A DNA stretch of 64,000 bases, from NCBI GenBank assembly GCA_965285935.1, contig OZ260666.1, positions 26,846,001 to 26,910,000 on the forward strand. Direction: 5' to 3'. The translations under genes were made by a program, and so were the position numbers. Source of the stretch: Ophelia neglecta (Eukaryota). The first letter of the stretch is position 1, and every line of letters begins with the position of its first letter. The notes under the pieces are model-generated. The model was not told where the DNA came from and ran no database searches. It saw nothing but the letters and a program-made list of their open reading frames with translations. Positions 22,483 to 37,500 of the stretch are shown piece after piece.

Positions 22483-25084
22483 GACACGAATGTAACCCCA
22501 AACAAGTAATGACGAATTATTAATTATTGAAATGGTTTGATATTAGCCGATACAGTCAGCTGCAGACACAAAAGCATCAATGTCCTGCTCTGTAAGTTAA
22601 ATTTGGCTTGTTGCCGAAAACGAAAGACCAATAGGATATGCTTAACAGTCGTTCTATTGTCCATGATCTGAGTCAAGCCATGTAATGAATTCCTAAGTGG
22701 TGAACTGTTATCTCTTATGAATGAAAGACCACTGGTGTGATTGACGCGAATAAACACTCTCCTTTCTCATGAAGTCTTCAGCCAATATTTTCAACAGTGG
22801 ACATTGCAAGTTTCGTTTAAACCTTAATCCTTTATGTTTCAAATGTACTTAAATAAACGGGGATAAAACGGGATTGTTCGTATCCGGCTCCGCCTCTGTC
22901 CAAAGTTATTCCTGTTTTAGTGCGTATACATGTGGGACGCATGTCTCCCGTTTATTTTCCATGTAATGCAATGGCAACACATACATCAATCTGTGCTTTG
23001 TTCGAAAACATAACTGTCAAATATGGGGAAATTCCTTAACAATTCAGCATGGAGGTTTGGACCCGACCCAGAGTGAAACCTAACTGAGAAAAAACAGAGG
23101 ACAAACAAAGAAAACATTCAAATTGAGGCACCACTCGGAATTCTTCGAGAAAATGCCTTGTCGCTCTGAGCAGTAAATATCTGGTTTGTTGAAGGAGGGA
23201 ACATGGGTCCATTACTTGCCTAATTTTCTTTCTCAGTTGCAAGGCAAAATAATTTGGTCCAGACAATGTTTTACTTCAATTTCATTCACTTCATCGAAGC
23301 AAATAATGCAGAGCAAGATTACGCTTGGCTCCTTGTTCATTAAAAATAACCAGTTTGCAGACAATTACGAGCAAAGTTGACGGTAGCCGATGGCAGTGTC
23401 CTTGTTTGTAATCATGCTAAGGCTCTGTACAAGACAAAAACGCCACCCCACCCCGTCAAACAGTAACACATGCGTCTGTGTATGAACATAACACGTGTGA
23501 CAATTGTTTCTTTGAACCAAACGTGGTAAACATGCAAAGCAACTTACGAATATAAACACTTTGGGCCTGGGTTGATATTGCGACCGTTGTTACTGCTCAC
23601 AGTACATTGAAGTTGTTTTAAATTCTAAGTAATGTATGAAAAAGTGGCAAAGTGACCTTTGTGTTCAAATGAATATACGAATGAATTTTAGTATTTTTGT
23701 TGTTATTGCAAAGAAATCATTGGACAAGTCGTTAAATAACCCAATGTTTGATTACGATCAGGAGAGAAAAAAAAATCATAACCTATAAATATCAACACAC
23801 CCTTTGTTTTGTGGCACTACTCAAACCATATAAAACTATTGACTGCTTCTCACTCCAACAAATATGATTTTAATGATAATTATTTCCGGTGTAAGCTTCT
23901 TTACAGTTAGAGAGTTACGGACTGATATTCCTGGGCCTGCGTCTGACGGCTCCTGATAATTTAAGAAGAATTAATAGATTGTTTCTGACTGTGACTTTCT
24001 GGATTGTCCGCCCAGTATTCACTTTATTTCATGCACATAGCTGAGCAACAAGTGTCGCATGAGTGCCTTTGTTTCCTTTTGCATTATTGAAGGTGCCTTG
24101 TGTGAATGGTTATTGATGACCCATAGACTTCATCCAAATAAATTCCTTCCTGGATAATATAAATTTAAGACGACCAAAGCTATTATTATAAGGGCCAACG
24201 ATAGCTACGTAGTACCAACCAAACATATGTATATCCTACCCAAATGATTAACAAATTAGTAAACACTAGTTATATGGGGGTTTTATATGTAAAAACGACA
24301 CGAAACGAAACATTCATCACATTTATTACCGGCAATAAGAAGTCACAAAGCCATCACACATCACCATCTAGGCTGCTCACAATCCACTCATCACTTCTTT
24401 GTCCTATGGGTTGGGTTCGTAACAGGTACTCGGCAAATGTGCTAGCTAGCACTAACGAATGACACTTGGCTTAAGTCCATAAATTAAAGTCTCCATACGC
24501 GGTTTGTTGGAGAGATTTGGCGATTCGAATTAACCTTTAAAGGACCAATTATATTTATGGACAATCTGTATGGTATGTTTGGCCCTAAGTCACTGCCTGT
24601 TAAACTTCCACAAGTTCTTATTAAGGTGAATCACTCGCTATCTGATTAAGAATAGTAATGTTAAAGGTAAAGGTCATAGTTCATAGGGGTGGCAATTATC
24701 TCGTCATCAAACGCCATGCCCCTCTTTGTCACATTAACTAGACAAAACGTTTGTTTTAATATGTATCAGTGAGCATGCGTCGCAGCACTGAAAATATCCC
24801 ATGGTAATATAGCGACTGAGTACATCCGGACCAGTACAGGGAGCAGATGATTGATATATAAGAACCTGAGTTGCTGGTGGTTCACAATGATTTCGGATTT
24901 AATGAACTGTTTGTGATCAATTGACTTTGTTCTGTCAGCCTGGAACCCACTTCTGTTTTCTACAAGATACAATCAAAGAAAAGCAAACCTGTTGAGGTAT
25001 AGCCTCAGGGCAGACTGGAATGTTATGTACATTCTGCACATCCGACTTCTCTGCGACCTGGAAGCAGATTGGCAACGAATAAGG

Positions 25085-25533
25085 ACGATTCTCCCACGAC
25101 CATGGACCGACTGAGGTACGACAAGCCACGACCAACAACGATTAACGACGATTTTATTAGAATTCAGTACGATTCATCACGATGGTCTTACGATGGAACC
25201 TTCACGATTTGGAAATCGGGACAAACATGATAATCGTACCAACGTCTCACATTAGAGTACAGAAGTCCGGGGAATCATGGGAAAATGACTCATGATTGCT
25301 CACGATTAACAACGGGTAATGCCGACCAAGCCCGAGACTGCCCCCCGATTGACCTACGATGGACCTCCGGTTAGAAAATATCGTGATGGCTCTGGATTTG
25401 AACATACCCAAAACAGTCGAAGCCTTCTCCCGACTTCCACGATATAACCCGACCTCCAAGTTTCAAAACAACTGTGCTACGAAGTTGATCCCGATCAACA
25501 CGATTTTCCAAATCGTATATGCATCGTTGTCTG
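25085..25533. mobile_element. Non-autonomous DNA transposon remnant, probably PIF/Harbinger-like
   Basis: About two dozen CGA trimers (mostly ACGAT/ACGAC/CCGAC) on one strand in ~430 bp, plus a ttgaacatacccaaaa core of the kind recalled from Harbinger-type MITEs. Termini are not identifiable. Confidence 0.5.
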
Positions 25534-28500
25534 AATTCTAAACGACTATTGAGGGACCGGGCTAATTCTTTTATAAAAGATTAAAAAATGCTTCAGATAT
25601 TTTTGAGCGTCAAATATTCTACTCCGTCTTCATCAAAGAAAATATGTTGTGGATCTCAAAATTCCCGATACTTGTAAAGTTGTTTTTACTTTGTGATGAA
25701 AAATAAATGATTAAAGTCGCATCTATATTGAATGGCAAGTAGCAGGCTTAATTCCTCATCAAGCACCATGGAAGAAATTGATTATCATAGATCACGTAAA
25801 GAAATATGGCAATCAGACAGCAACACTTTTTCTCAATGGTTCCCCCATGACAGCCTGGAGCTAATGATATTGATCGTTATATTGAGTATAGGGCTCTGAG
25901 TAATTGCAAATTCGCCTAAAATTTTGTTTTTAACATATCTCTTTCTTTCGAATTGGCCAAATAACTCGAACATTTATCTATTTGAAACTTCTAGGGCGTT
26001 TGTTATAGTTAAAAATAAAGATACTACTGAATAATTAAACAATGATTACACTTTGATTAATCACAATGGATGAGCAGAAAAGAACAAGAAAAAAAGATCT
26101 GTTCTGGCTTAACAAAATATAAACAGTTAAAATTAAGATATATCAATTTGCTGGGAGCTGGCTCGTTGGTCCTCGCGTTATGCGCACTTGATTGTAATGG
26201 AAAGTGAAAGTTTTGATGGGAATTATATAAGACTGCGTTAAAACATAACAGATTAGATTCATGACTCCAGAGATCGAATTAACTTTCACAAGTTGGTGCT
26301 AATAGTGTGAGCATAAAAAGGGAGCGTCCAATTTTGTATTTCCTGGAATTTCTTTCGGTCAGTTATCTAAAACAAATATTGTTACTCATTGTTAATGCAA
26401 GCATTGATCTAGTATGACCACAATTCGAAAGACATTGTGGACTTGTCATGATAAATCATCAAGGAGGATATTGGAATTATTTCCAGCGATGCACATGCCC
26501 ACCCCGGCTTAAGAGCTGTAATACGTCCAGGACAAAAATTACTAGGACAGAATTTTCCAACATTAAAATCAACGCGGCCGTCCATCTAAATTTCACACCA
26601 AGCTCATTTGATCCGGCTAAGATGAGATAAATTTTATCCGTGGACAGTAAATTTTCAGCATATTTTGTTTGTTTAATTTTTATTCTATTCTATATATAAC
26701 ATATCCTATTATTAGTCTTTTGACTGTTGTGTGCAAGGAAGTAAAGCTTATGTCCGTACAGAACATGTTAATTTCTTACTTATTCTGCGTTAGCGTCTGT
26801 GACAAGTCTAATTCGAACAAGAACTCCGGCTGTGAGGTCATTTACAGTGGTGATGTAGCCTGTCAAATCCTAACACAAAAGGAAATTATGGTCAAATTAA
26901 TCACAACTTGATTGTGGTCCGAGGGTTGAAAGCTTATGTGAAATTGACCGAAATATTTATTGTCAACTTTTCCAGCAACGAAAGGAGAAATGCGTAAATC
27001 GGAATGAGAGAAGTCCCTCGGTATGTCGAACAAGGCGGACATGTTGAATATCATTTTAGAGTTATAAGCGTAGATTAATTGTAGCTTTGAGTTTTACTAT
27101 TCATCCTTAGAAGAAAGGCTGTGACAGTTTCTGCTTTATTATTGACCCTTGGTTGGGTCTTTCCATTAATTCGCACGGGGATATTAAAACACTCAAAATA
27201 CTGCATTGCCTTTTTAAGGTAACCAATATTGATCTCAAGGTATCACTATTTAGGCTGTGGCATCACATAAATGCTGCTTCACATCATCATCATCTGCGGC
27301 AAGATTTTTGAATACATACATGGATTGCAATGCCTCCGATCGGACCGCTGTGGCAAGCCTCTACATGAGATGCAACGCAAAATAGTCTGAGAAATGAGGC
27401 CAAACGATCAACCGTCTTCGATTGATTACAAGATGTATTCCCATCTTAAGGCACTTTGAGTCCAATGTTCTGAAAACCATTTCGCCACCCGATATTGCCT
27501 TTCGGTGCGAAATCAAATCATATTGGGTTGGCTTACCCGTACATTAAGCGAACTGTCACGAAGAGGCAGACATGTGTGCCAGACTGGCTTATGGCTTATC
27601 AGAACGGATGGTTGAGGTTCCGCTGTGTACTTGTTGATAATGCCTATATGACACGTTTATGGTGTGTTCTCTGACGGAAAAGTCACATGATTAAGGCAGT
27701 CTGCTCGGAGATAAAGCTGCTCAGGATGTCAGCTTTATCCAGCGGCATCCTCACCAGACGTAAATCACTATATATTAGCCTTGCACTGCATGTGTAGTCA
27801 GTAAATCTTCAGTATACATTTCATATAGGTCTACAAGCAAAAGTGCAAATAAACATCTCAGAAGGCAAGAAGAAAAACAAGATACATATGCCCACCATAT
27901 ATGTGCGTCATACTTGAGTCGAATCTTTTTTTTTAGTATGTCCTGGGCAGGGGATAGTTCCATGTTCTATATATGCTGACAATTTAGGGCCGGTAAAACT
28001 CGAAATTAATAATGGCAAGAAAAATTATACTGTGATTTAATGACTTTAATACAAGAATGGGTCATTTTGGGCGAATTCGTATGAAAAATGAGATTGAGAG
28101 GATATGAGAGAGGTGGGGTTGGGAGATATTAAACCAATGTTAATATAAAGAATAAATAAGATCCGATATCCTTCGCTATGAAATGGAACCAGCAGTGCCC
28201 CACGACATAAGTCACATCGCAAGACTAATATGCAAATATCAGTGAAATTGTGTTGTTATTTGGCATACTGAGGGAAATGGCTCCTCCGTCATTTAATCCG
28301 TCTAATCAACAGTCTAACGAAGCCACTTCTTGCCTAAGCAGGATATAATCATGGCGTATGTAATACAAGCGAAAAAAAAATGAAACAGCATATGCAGTGT
28401 CCTTTTTGACATGATTGGTTTTTGAAAATATTTTTGGGTTAAGGATAAGATTCGTTAGTCAACCTACAATGCAAATGTAAGGAAAAACGAGTGTAAATAA

Positions 28501-31500
28501 AATATACATTTACTTTTTATCACTGTGTCAAATATATAGACAACGAAGCAGTCGGTTTGATTGGCAAGGAGACCTTCATGTCTGTTGTTAAGCGATGATA
28601 GGTTGGCTAGTGCAACCGCAGTCTTGTTGACACTTTTACTTTGCAGACGGATGACATCTATGCAAAATTCAACTCTGGCAGCACCATACTTTGTGTTTGA
28701 TGGGAAATAGTCCTATCATCTGCTGTTCCCCGCAAAGTGAATTAGGAAGTACTTTATTCCCTAGAGCACCAAGTCGAGACCAAACACTCAGAGAAACCAT
28801 GTAACTTGAGCTTGTCGTCAGAAGACAGTTCCGAGCAAAAAATCAATTGACGGCAATAATTGGTGGTTTCAAACCGACTTGATCGAACAAGTGTGTAATT
28901 TTAACTGACGATTGTGGTAACTAAGCAGCGCAAAGAACCATGGTATTTTTTTTTATTAACATATATACATACATATACATACATGTATATATATATATAA
29001 ATATGCAATACCCTATAGAAGAATAGGAAAAAGGTGTGTTCCTTTTTGTCTCTGTTGATGTCGATGACAAATTTGAATGGAGCTCACAGGCATCCTTAAG
29101 GCTTCTGTCGAGAGAACCACACTGAGCAACCCCATTTCATTAAATTTACTTCTGTGAGAGGCTAGAATCTTAGCTTAAATTATTTATGCCAGTCGAGGGA
29201 GATGTAAAGGGAATTTTGGGGACTGTTGCTATATCATATATGGATCGGCCTCATATGCTGGAGAGTTTTCACTTTTAGCAAGCGTCCATGTTTACATATT
29301 GCTGTTGTAATGAAAAATTTGGCTGTATTAAATCTAGCCGCTAGCCTAACATGCACCGTCCCTAGACTATTATAGTTTATATGGATGTCAGGGACACATG
29401 TATATCACATGTATATGAAGAATATACCAACAGTGGTGTTACAATTGTTTGGATCACCTTTTGCTTAATATGATATAGAATAAGCTATCTCGTAGCATTC
29501 TTATTGGTCGGGTTGACTTATACTGAAAGAGACACTGTCTCAATTTAAACCAACTCATCTCAACTTCAACCCTTAATATTGCACTTCCTAAGACGACTGT
29601 AATTTGTAAGGCTCTTTTTCTTGCCCTGGCCCCCAGTAAGGTCTTGCGGTAGACCAATAATCTGTCTCTAGCATAAGCGGCGTGTTCAGATGTCGTAGTG
29701 ATAGTCATTAAGAATACAACATCTCTCGAGGGACATTTTGACTTTGCTTGCAATATGTTTCTATTTCAAAATTCCTCTTGTATTAAACAATTGCCAACAG
29801 AATATGAAACAAAACACATCAGACCATAAAGGTGCGCAACTTCTATCTAGGCATCCTTTGAGGTTACTTCAGCTTTATTATTTCAAGATAATCTTGCCTT
29901 TAAATAACCCCTAGATAAGGGTCAAATGTCAAAAATGTGACTAAGCGCCTAGACAATTTCAAGCATCTTTAGAATATTAGAAGCATTATTAAGGAAACGA
30001 GCTTACCCTCACCTCGTGAGTTATTGAAATCTAGTTAGGCTCCATCCATCTGCAATAAACCAATAAGGCAAGCAACACATGCCTCTCCTGATGCGTCTCC
30101 TGATTGCTTATCTAATTTAATAGTGTGGTTGTTGAAATAGTGATTAGACTATAGTGTATCAATAGCAGTGATTCAAAATTTAGTTTCTAGCTTCTTAGCA
30201 TTCGGTGCGAATTACAGACCAAAGGAGTAGTTTCTCCCTATAATTCCGGTGCTTGGGGAAAGAAGATACGCTTTGTGATTCTAGGTCCGTGTGCTCCAGT
30301 GACCTTAATTTGTCTGGGACACTGCGGAAGTTGTTTCTGGTGAAATTGCATTATTTACTGTCAAAACATGTCGAAGAAATTTGCAGTAACAAATTATTAT
30401 ATAGTGGAAGCATTCATATCTGCGGTTATTGTTATACATACTCTCTCGTAAACCTCATCTTTGATCATTTCAATGCATGAATTGATGGAATTTTCGGAAA
30501 ATTGAACTGATTGATGTCATAATTAAGTACGGCACACGAATGTAATTGTAATTACAAAGAAGCTAGAAGGCGCCGGGGAATCAAAGGTCAAATCGACCAG
30601 ACTCCTTGTATCGCATTGGCCCCAAAGATAATTGAAGCCTTGTCCCAGTTTCTGAGGATTTAATGTAGGTCACAGAAAGCGGGCGCAAGAAATATCTCCA
30701 TCCTTGTCAGACCCAGAGGGCAGATATCGAGATCTTGCTTGGACAGCTTCGATGCAGAGAATGGCACAGTTTCCAATAAAGGAACGTCGCAATAACGGTT
30801 TCAGCTTTCGCTGCAATGAAAAGAACAATCTCATGTGATTGTCAACTATGAGATAATGTATGTCAACTTATAACATTGACGTTGTGCACGCATGCGACAA
30901 TTATCCTCTATATAAAATGTAATTATTGTGTTGATCAAATTATAACCCTATACAATAATATAGATAAGGTATAAATATCTACCTAGTTGATTGCTATGCA
31001 GCACCATATAGGTGCGGGGTGGGGGTAAGTTATAAGGGTTTGCTGGTCTGTGCTATTAACTAGTAGTCCCACGACAATTTGCAACGATGAAAAAGGTGGT
31101 ATAAAACTCACGATATAGAGTCTTATTCTTTGAACAAATTTCTGCCAAAACCTAAGGCGTATTGATAAGATTTAACATCATCTTGTAAACTGGGTGACTA
31201 GTTAATGTATGTAGCTTTCAGCTGTCTGGCACATACCTACATAATTAATAACATATATTTCCGGACAGTGTCCGGTTGATGTTGTTTGCAAATCCTGGAA
31301 AGGTCAACTTCATACTAATAAGTTATTCGTTCCATTGTTGCTTGTTATCTATCGTTTCGAGTATTTTAGGAAAGTTACAGAGCGATCGTATTGCATATAT
31401 GACCCGAGTTAATGGCCTTTTCTGCTCCCCCTTCACAGGCCAATAAATCTGGTTAATGGAATTGGTCTCTAGCAAGCACGCTGATAGTGCGATGAGTGTA

Positions 31501-34500
31501 TAAGAACTTTAAGCAAATATATCTCCATATAATATTTGTCTTAGGCAATTGTTACAGACTGTTCCTAAAGACCCTATTTGTTTTCATACACATTATATTG
31601 TCTCGATCAATGCGTACAAGCTGTGCATGAACAGTGTGCATTGTGACGCCTTTGTGATGCCGAGGATTATATACACATGTGACTTGCTGGCTCGACCCGC
31701 GAAGCTCTAGGTAACTCGAATGAATTTGATAATGGCTAATAGTTCTATTTTCTGTCATGCTGTGAGAACTATAGCCAAAATACATCATAGTTGTTTGTTG
31801 AGTTGGTCAAAGAGACAAAAGGGCATTGCTAGAAATTAATGTTGCTTGTGTATATATGTTTTATTTCATCTTTCCGAGAGAGAACAGACAAAGCAACTTA
31901 GGGACTGTGGAAAGTAATTAACAAATGTGAGAAGAAATGAATGTAAACTGAACAAGCAATAGTATTAGGGCAAATGATTAGAAGAAAAAGATACTCCACA
32001 CTTAGTCACAAAAAAAGACCCAACTGGAGCTAGTGGAGCCTAGTACTTTAATAGATACAACTATACAAAATCTCATATCCCAGAATATGCGTCTGAGCCT
32101 ATTGTTTTGCTCACTAATTTACTGAGCTCTTGGTCGCCATTGATTATTTACAGCAATTGACATCTGGTGTGCTGCGACTTCCCCAACCAGCACGCGATAT
32201 CTCAACATGGACATGAAATGTACGGCAGCTGCAACTTGGAAGTTGATGTCAGCCTTACTCCGGCCACAGGGCTCACCAAATCCAATGATCCATAGAAACA
32301 TTCCTAGTTACAAATCAGACAAAGTTTCCCTTTCTGGTGTGATCATTTCCTTCTCACGAATGGGTTGCCAGTCCAGCCTCTCTCAGGATCAGCTTCACCA
32401 TCTTAATCATGCTTAAACATTAATTAGCAGGGTACACAATACATAATAGTTCCTTGCCCATGTCGATGGTTGCCTAATATCAGTGTATGCCAGTTAGATA
32501 CCGCTAGACTGTTAGGATAAGAAATATTTTTTGTTAAAAACTGATTATCATTATATTCCAATGGATCGACCTCACCTTTGTACCCATGTGGAAGTCGGAT
32601 TTATCACGTGAGAACGTCGACCAAGGAATCATCTGATCGAAAATCTCAAATTTCGCTTAATGTGCAGTGGAGCATTGATTTTATTTTTAATGACAATAAA
32701 AATAATATTTGCGAAACTAATTACCTTTTTTTAAATTTATGTCGTTAAAAGCGAATTTTCGAGAGATAAAAAATACATATTTCAACTTTATGTTGTTTAA
32801 GAGAGCAATGTTTTTCAAACATCAAACTGTCTTATTGGCGTCCAATCTTGGTTTTTATAATATTCTACTGACGTTTGCACTCAAACGGCTCTAAACGATG
32901 TAGTACCGTGTGTTCAAATGGTTTTGGCGTGTTCTTCCCAATTATAAAGAGAAACGCCCATGCTGATTAATATCTTAGATGTCTCGAATGTCCAAAACGG
33001 AAGTGCATGTCCGACTTAACAGGGTTTTGTTCAGAGTTGGCGCTCATTTCATCGTCTTTGTACGAAAAAATGCATAACAAGCAAATGAAAAAGGCCCTTA
33101 GCACCTTCTTCACTAAATATATGGGCTCGACTGTATAATTCAGTTAAGGAATAGAGAAATCATGACCTCGAGGCCATTCGGTGAAGGGAAATACCGAGCC
33201 CCATGGCTTAGCTCTGCGATGCCCTATGGCTAATGAAAATCCAATATTTATCTGTATTAACCCCGTTAGTGTTGCTGGTGCTCTGCGGCTATCACCTCCG
33301 AAATACGAGCCTGGACGAAACACGATAGGGATAAAAAAGGTTAAGCGGAGGACGAAAGTGTAGAGAAATATTTACTATTTTTTTCTTAGTTCACCAGAAT
33401 CCATCATCTGAGAAAACTCAGCACAATTTCTTATGTTCCATTAATACAATCAGGCGTATATCAACATATCGAAGGAGTAAAGTTGTTAAATCTAACTTTC
33501 AATAGGGAGTTTGCTTGGATCATTTGCAGCAATGATTTTTGAAATATTAATCAGCCTCATACAATGCTTTAGAATATATGGTATGATTAAGAAAATGGCT
33601 GTGGTCAAGTTCTTAGCTAATGATCCTGTTGTTAGACGATACTTATTAAGCATCGATTTTTATCATACGGTAAACTTTGTGCTTTGCCTCTCTATAATGG
33701 AACCTTCACAATTTCTAGTGCCAAATCAACACTGATGTTGTGATCGCTATTGACAACACGACTACAATACAACTAATCGAATGAAAATAACTATGCAATG
33801 GGTACAATGGCACAGGGCTATTACGTTATAAAGTTGCGCTTCTCACTACCCCTAAGTGGTTTAATGATAAATCACGTTTTTCTTACCTATTAAAATGATT
33901 TACACCGTGGTTAATTATTTCCAGCGTCGCATTCCAATCCGTAAAAATTACCTTTTAAGCAAAATAAAATGTCTAGGTTTGAGAGATGGAACTATGGAGA
34001 TGTTTTAAATTGTTGTGAGCTGAGAGATTCAACAATGATCTGAGGGGCGTCAATCATGTTCAAAACAAGGTAACTCAAATACCAGAAAACATGAATTTGC
34101 TTATGAATGGTGTTCTACACAAATATACACAATAATAAACAAATCAATTAGAATGGCATTCGAATCTAAGCACACGGCCAAGACATCTCAGGACATAATT
34201 ATGTTGCTTATAGTTTAGAGGCATGTGTGACCGGAACCAGCAGTATAACTAACAAAATATTCCTAAACATATGATGCAAGATGTCATACTACATTAACCA
34301 AAGTCACATGACAATAACAAGTAGTAATAACATTCTATTTGTCCAAAGATAAACGCCCACTCATTTCTACCCATAATGTACAGAATAACAGTTGTTAACG
34401 TTCGAGACATTCAATCAGTTTGGTCGTTCGCTGTTCCAATTACAACGTATATCCGGTGGCACGTTTGTCGAGCACGTGTACAGCTTGCAGCAATCTGAGC

Positions 34501-37500
34501 TTTCACGCAAGCGTTCTTTATAGCACAAGTTCAAGTCCCTTGCTACTATCAAAATCATATTAGAGTCTTATAGTTACGTCATAAATCGATTAGGAAAGCT
34601 ACTTTTTCAGGATACTAGGAAGTTCGCGGATAATATATCTGATTTGCTAGTAACTAAATATTACCCAGTCGTGTCTGAGAAAACGTGACGAGGTTGATGT
34701 AACACATCCGGTGAAGGCATGCATGAAATGATCTTGCTGCCATTAAGTGTTCCCTTTGTCACGTTGACCACCATGATAGGACACATGCTTGCCTTCTTCA
34801 ATGCGGATGTTATTTCATCGCAATATTTACTATATAAGTAGGACCGTAATATTTGTTTGCTTGAACTATGCTCTTGATAATTTTGATTGAATCGAAAAAT
34901 TTGTTTCTTCCTACAATAAATAAAGTGGAATTCAGAGCATTACAAATCCATACAGGTGAAACCTACTTCATACGGCAGAATTGGCAACGTAACATGTTAA
35001 CGACATTTGGTCCTGTTAAGTGTAGTTTTTCCAACTGGAAGGACGTATTCGGACCAATGGCATCTCGTTTCATTATTTGTAAACTTATAACTTAATTAAT
35101 GCTGTAGAAACAAAAGGGTATATGGGCATACGCAAACAATATATGACTTTTACATGTTATTTTAGATTATTAGACTAGCTAAAAGAACAAAGGTTTACGT
35201 CTTGTTCTAGGAAAGGTCTACTCGCATTACGGAAAATACCTATTACTGTGGCCATGTTTCTGTGCTTGTCCAATGTTTATAATCTTAAATCGCCGGAAGC
35301 TAACAAAATTAACTGCCAAGAACAAGCTATTTCCGGAAATCCACAAGGCACTTACTATGAGACCAGTAAGTAAATCATTACGAGATTAAGGTGATTGCCG
35401 CCGGATGAGCGTAACACTGTCTCTCGATGCGAGCTCTGGACCCTTGGGCTGGGGGTCGAAATGAACATCTATGCTACGCCCATATATCTTTTGGTATCAC
35501 GTTTGTCGATTGACCTTTAGCAACTTGTAAAGACACACGTGTGAAGGAAACTGACGATACATGTAATAAACAGCTTCTGGCTATTTCGATCTACTTTGAT
35601 ATTGATCAAATTCATGGTATCGTCTTCACTTCCGGTATACTTGAGTCCGTGGCCCACGTAAAGATGATTTATGGAAATTCACAACGGTATACAGCACAAT
35701 CAGCTTCATCTCTATTGTACCAGGATGCCATGATATAATATTCATAGCCAATTTGCGTCAATGCAGATAGCCCATAATAAATTTTCTAATAGATTGGAGT
35801 GGGAAGGTCAAAAGTCTGATAATATGCAGGGGTATTGTTGTTTGACTGTACTGCAATACTATGATGAGAAATAGTTCAGCTGGTTTAGTAAATATATTGA
35901 GAAGGTAGCTCTTTGAAAGATGTCTAAATGGGCTTTTTGAACAGTTATGATTTCTACTCTTCGCGTGGTTGTTGTGTTCAAAGGCTGCTTATTATAACCG
36001 AACTCTTCGACGGCATGTAGTCTAGGGGGCAAGCACGTCGGGGTTATCAATATGTCTAGTATAGTGAGGAAGACATCCATTGTTGTAACTAGTGGCTGAA
36101 TCGTTCCGAGCTTGGAATAAACGCATTCAACTAATGGGCTCATTTATCTAAGGTATGACAGATTATAGGCTATTTGCATGGTAGGATAATTGGGTGTTTT
36201 CATGGGAACAAAGCAATTAAACGATTGGAATAATCTACGTATTCCGAGACCCGAGGCGAATAGATTGTCAAGAAAACTTGTCTAGATGATAATGTGCTTG
36301 CATTCTAGCATTTCACCTCACATGACTCGCGTCGCAATCCTATGCCTGTGTGTTGGTGTTTTGAAGCTTTGATGCTACATTTAAAAACTGATTCATTGTT
36401 CTTTCCAATGCGCAAGGAGTTCGTAAACACTACATAATGATCTCTCCATGTATTTTTGTCCAACACACACCCATTCACATTTCATTTGGTCATTATTTTT
36501 TATGACTTGACCATTTTTAGCGTGCGGACTATCTAAATAGAAAACCATAGAAGCTGACAGCTCCATGTCCTGCATTCACTTCCAATTTGAACTTGAGGTC
36601 ATAAAATATGGCCGTTGTATAAAGTGTGCTAAGTAATATTATTAAACCCATAATTCAGATAATAAAGCTGCTTAGTGTTCAATCATATAGCACACTCTTG
36701 AATTTGGTTTGATTATTATTTCTTATGGCAGAACAGGCCTAGGCTTGCGATGTAGTCAGTGCTACGTTCAAGAAAGGGTTCGGATTTTGAGACCATAAAG
36801 ATATGCCCGTTGATTTTTACAAATGCATAGCAGAAACCAGATTCCTACCATCATTAATAATGGGTATGCCTATGTGAATTTCAGATGTGTTTGGTTTGAT
36901 GTGTAGGCCGCTGGTGTGTTTGTTAGTGTTCATTTTTCTTCCGATGTACACGAAAACATATCGGTCTCATTTAACTGCCAGTTTTTGACGTTTGTTTTAT
37001 CTAATGACATTGTCACATTTTCATTATTTTCTTTCTGCGAATTTCGGAGCTATTTTATACTGTTGGAAAATCTCACAGGTATTTATATTAGGCGCTTTGG
37101 CGCATACGAAACTAATCCCCTATACATCTAATACCTGTAACAAATAAGCCATTTCCGGACATACAATCCTTATTTGACTCTGCTTTGAATGTCGAGATGT
37201 CCAAATATAAGACACATTGCAGATTTCCCAAACTATGTCTGTCCAGATGGAAGGAGATATATTTAGTCAATACTATTGGTATCTTAGTATTTGTAGATTG
37301 GTATTTTATTTCTTATGAATTCGACTTTATTACAACCTCGCAATGCCATCTGAACAGTCCTGGCCAAAGAGTTTCTTCCGATGATTTCGATAGTCTAATA
37401 GTAAACTTCAGTTTCCTTGATACAATCCCAATTGTTGACTATTTGTGGTGTATATGTATATGTATATATTTCTAAACACATCTCGAGTATGAGTGATATT

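Noticed and set aside
22851-22957. 11-bp inverted repeat aaataaacggg/cccgtttattt
   Set aside because: Short, no TSD, single copy.
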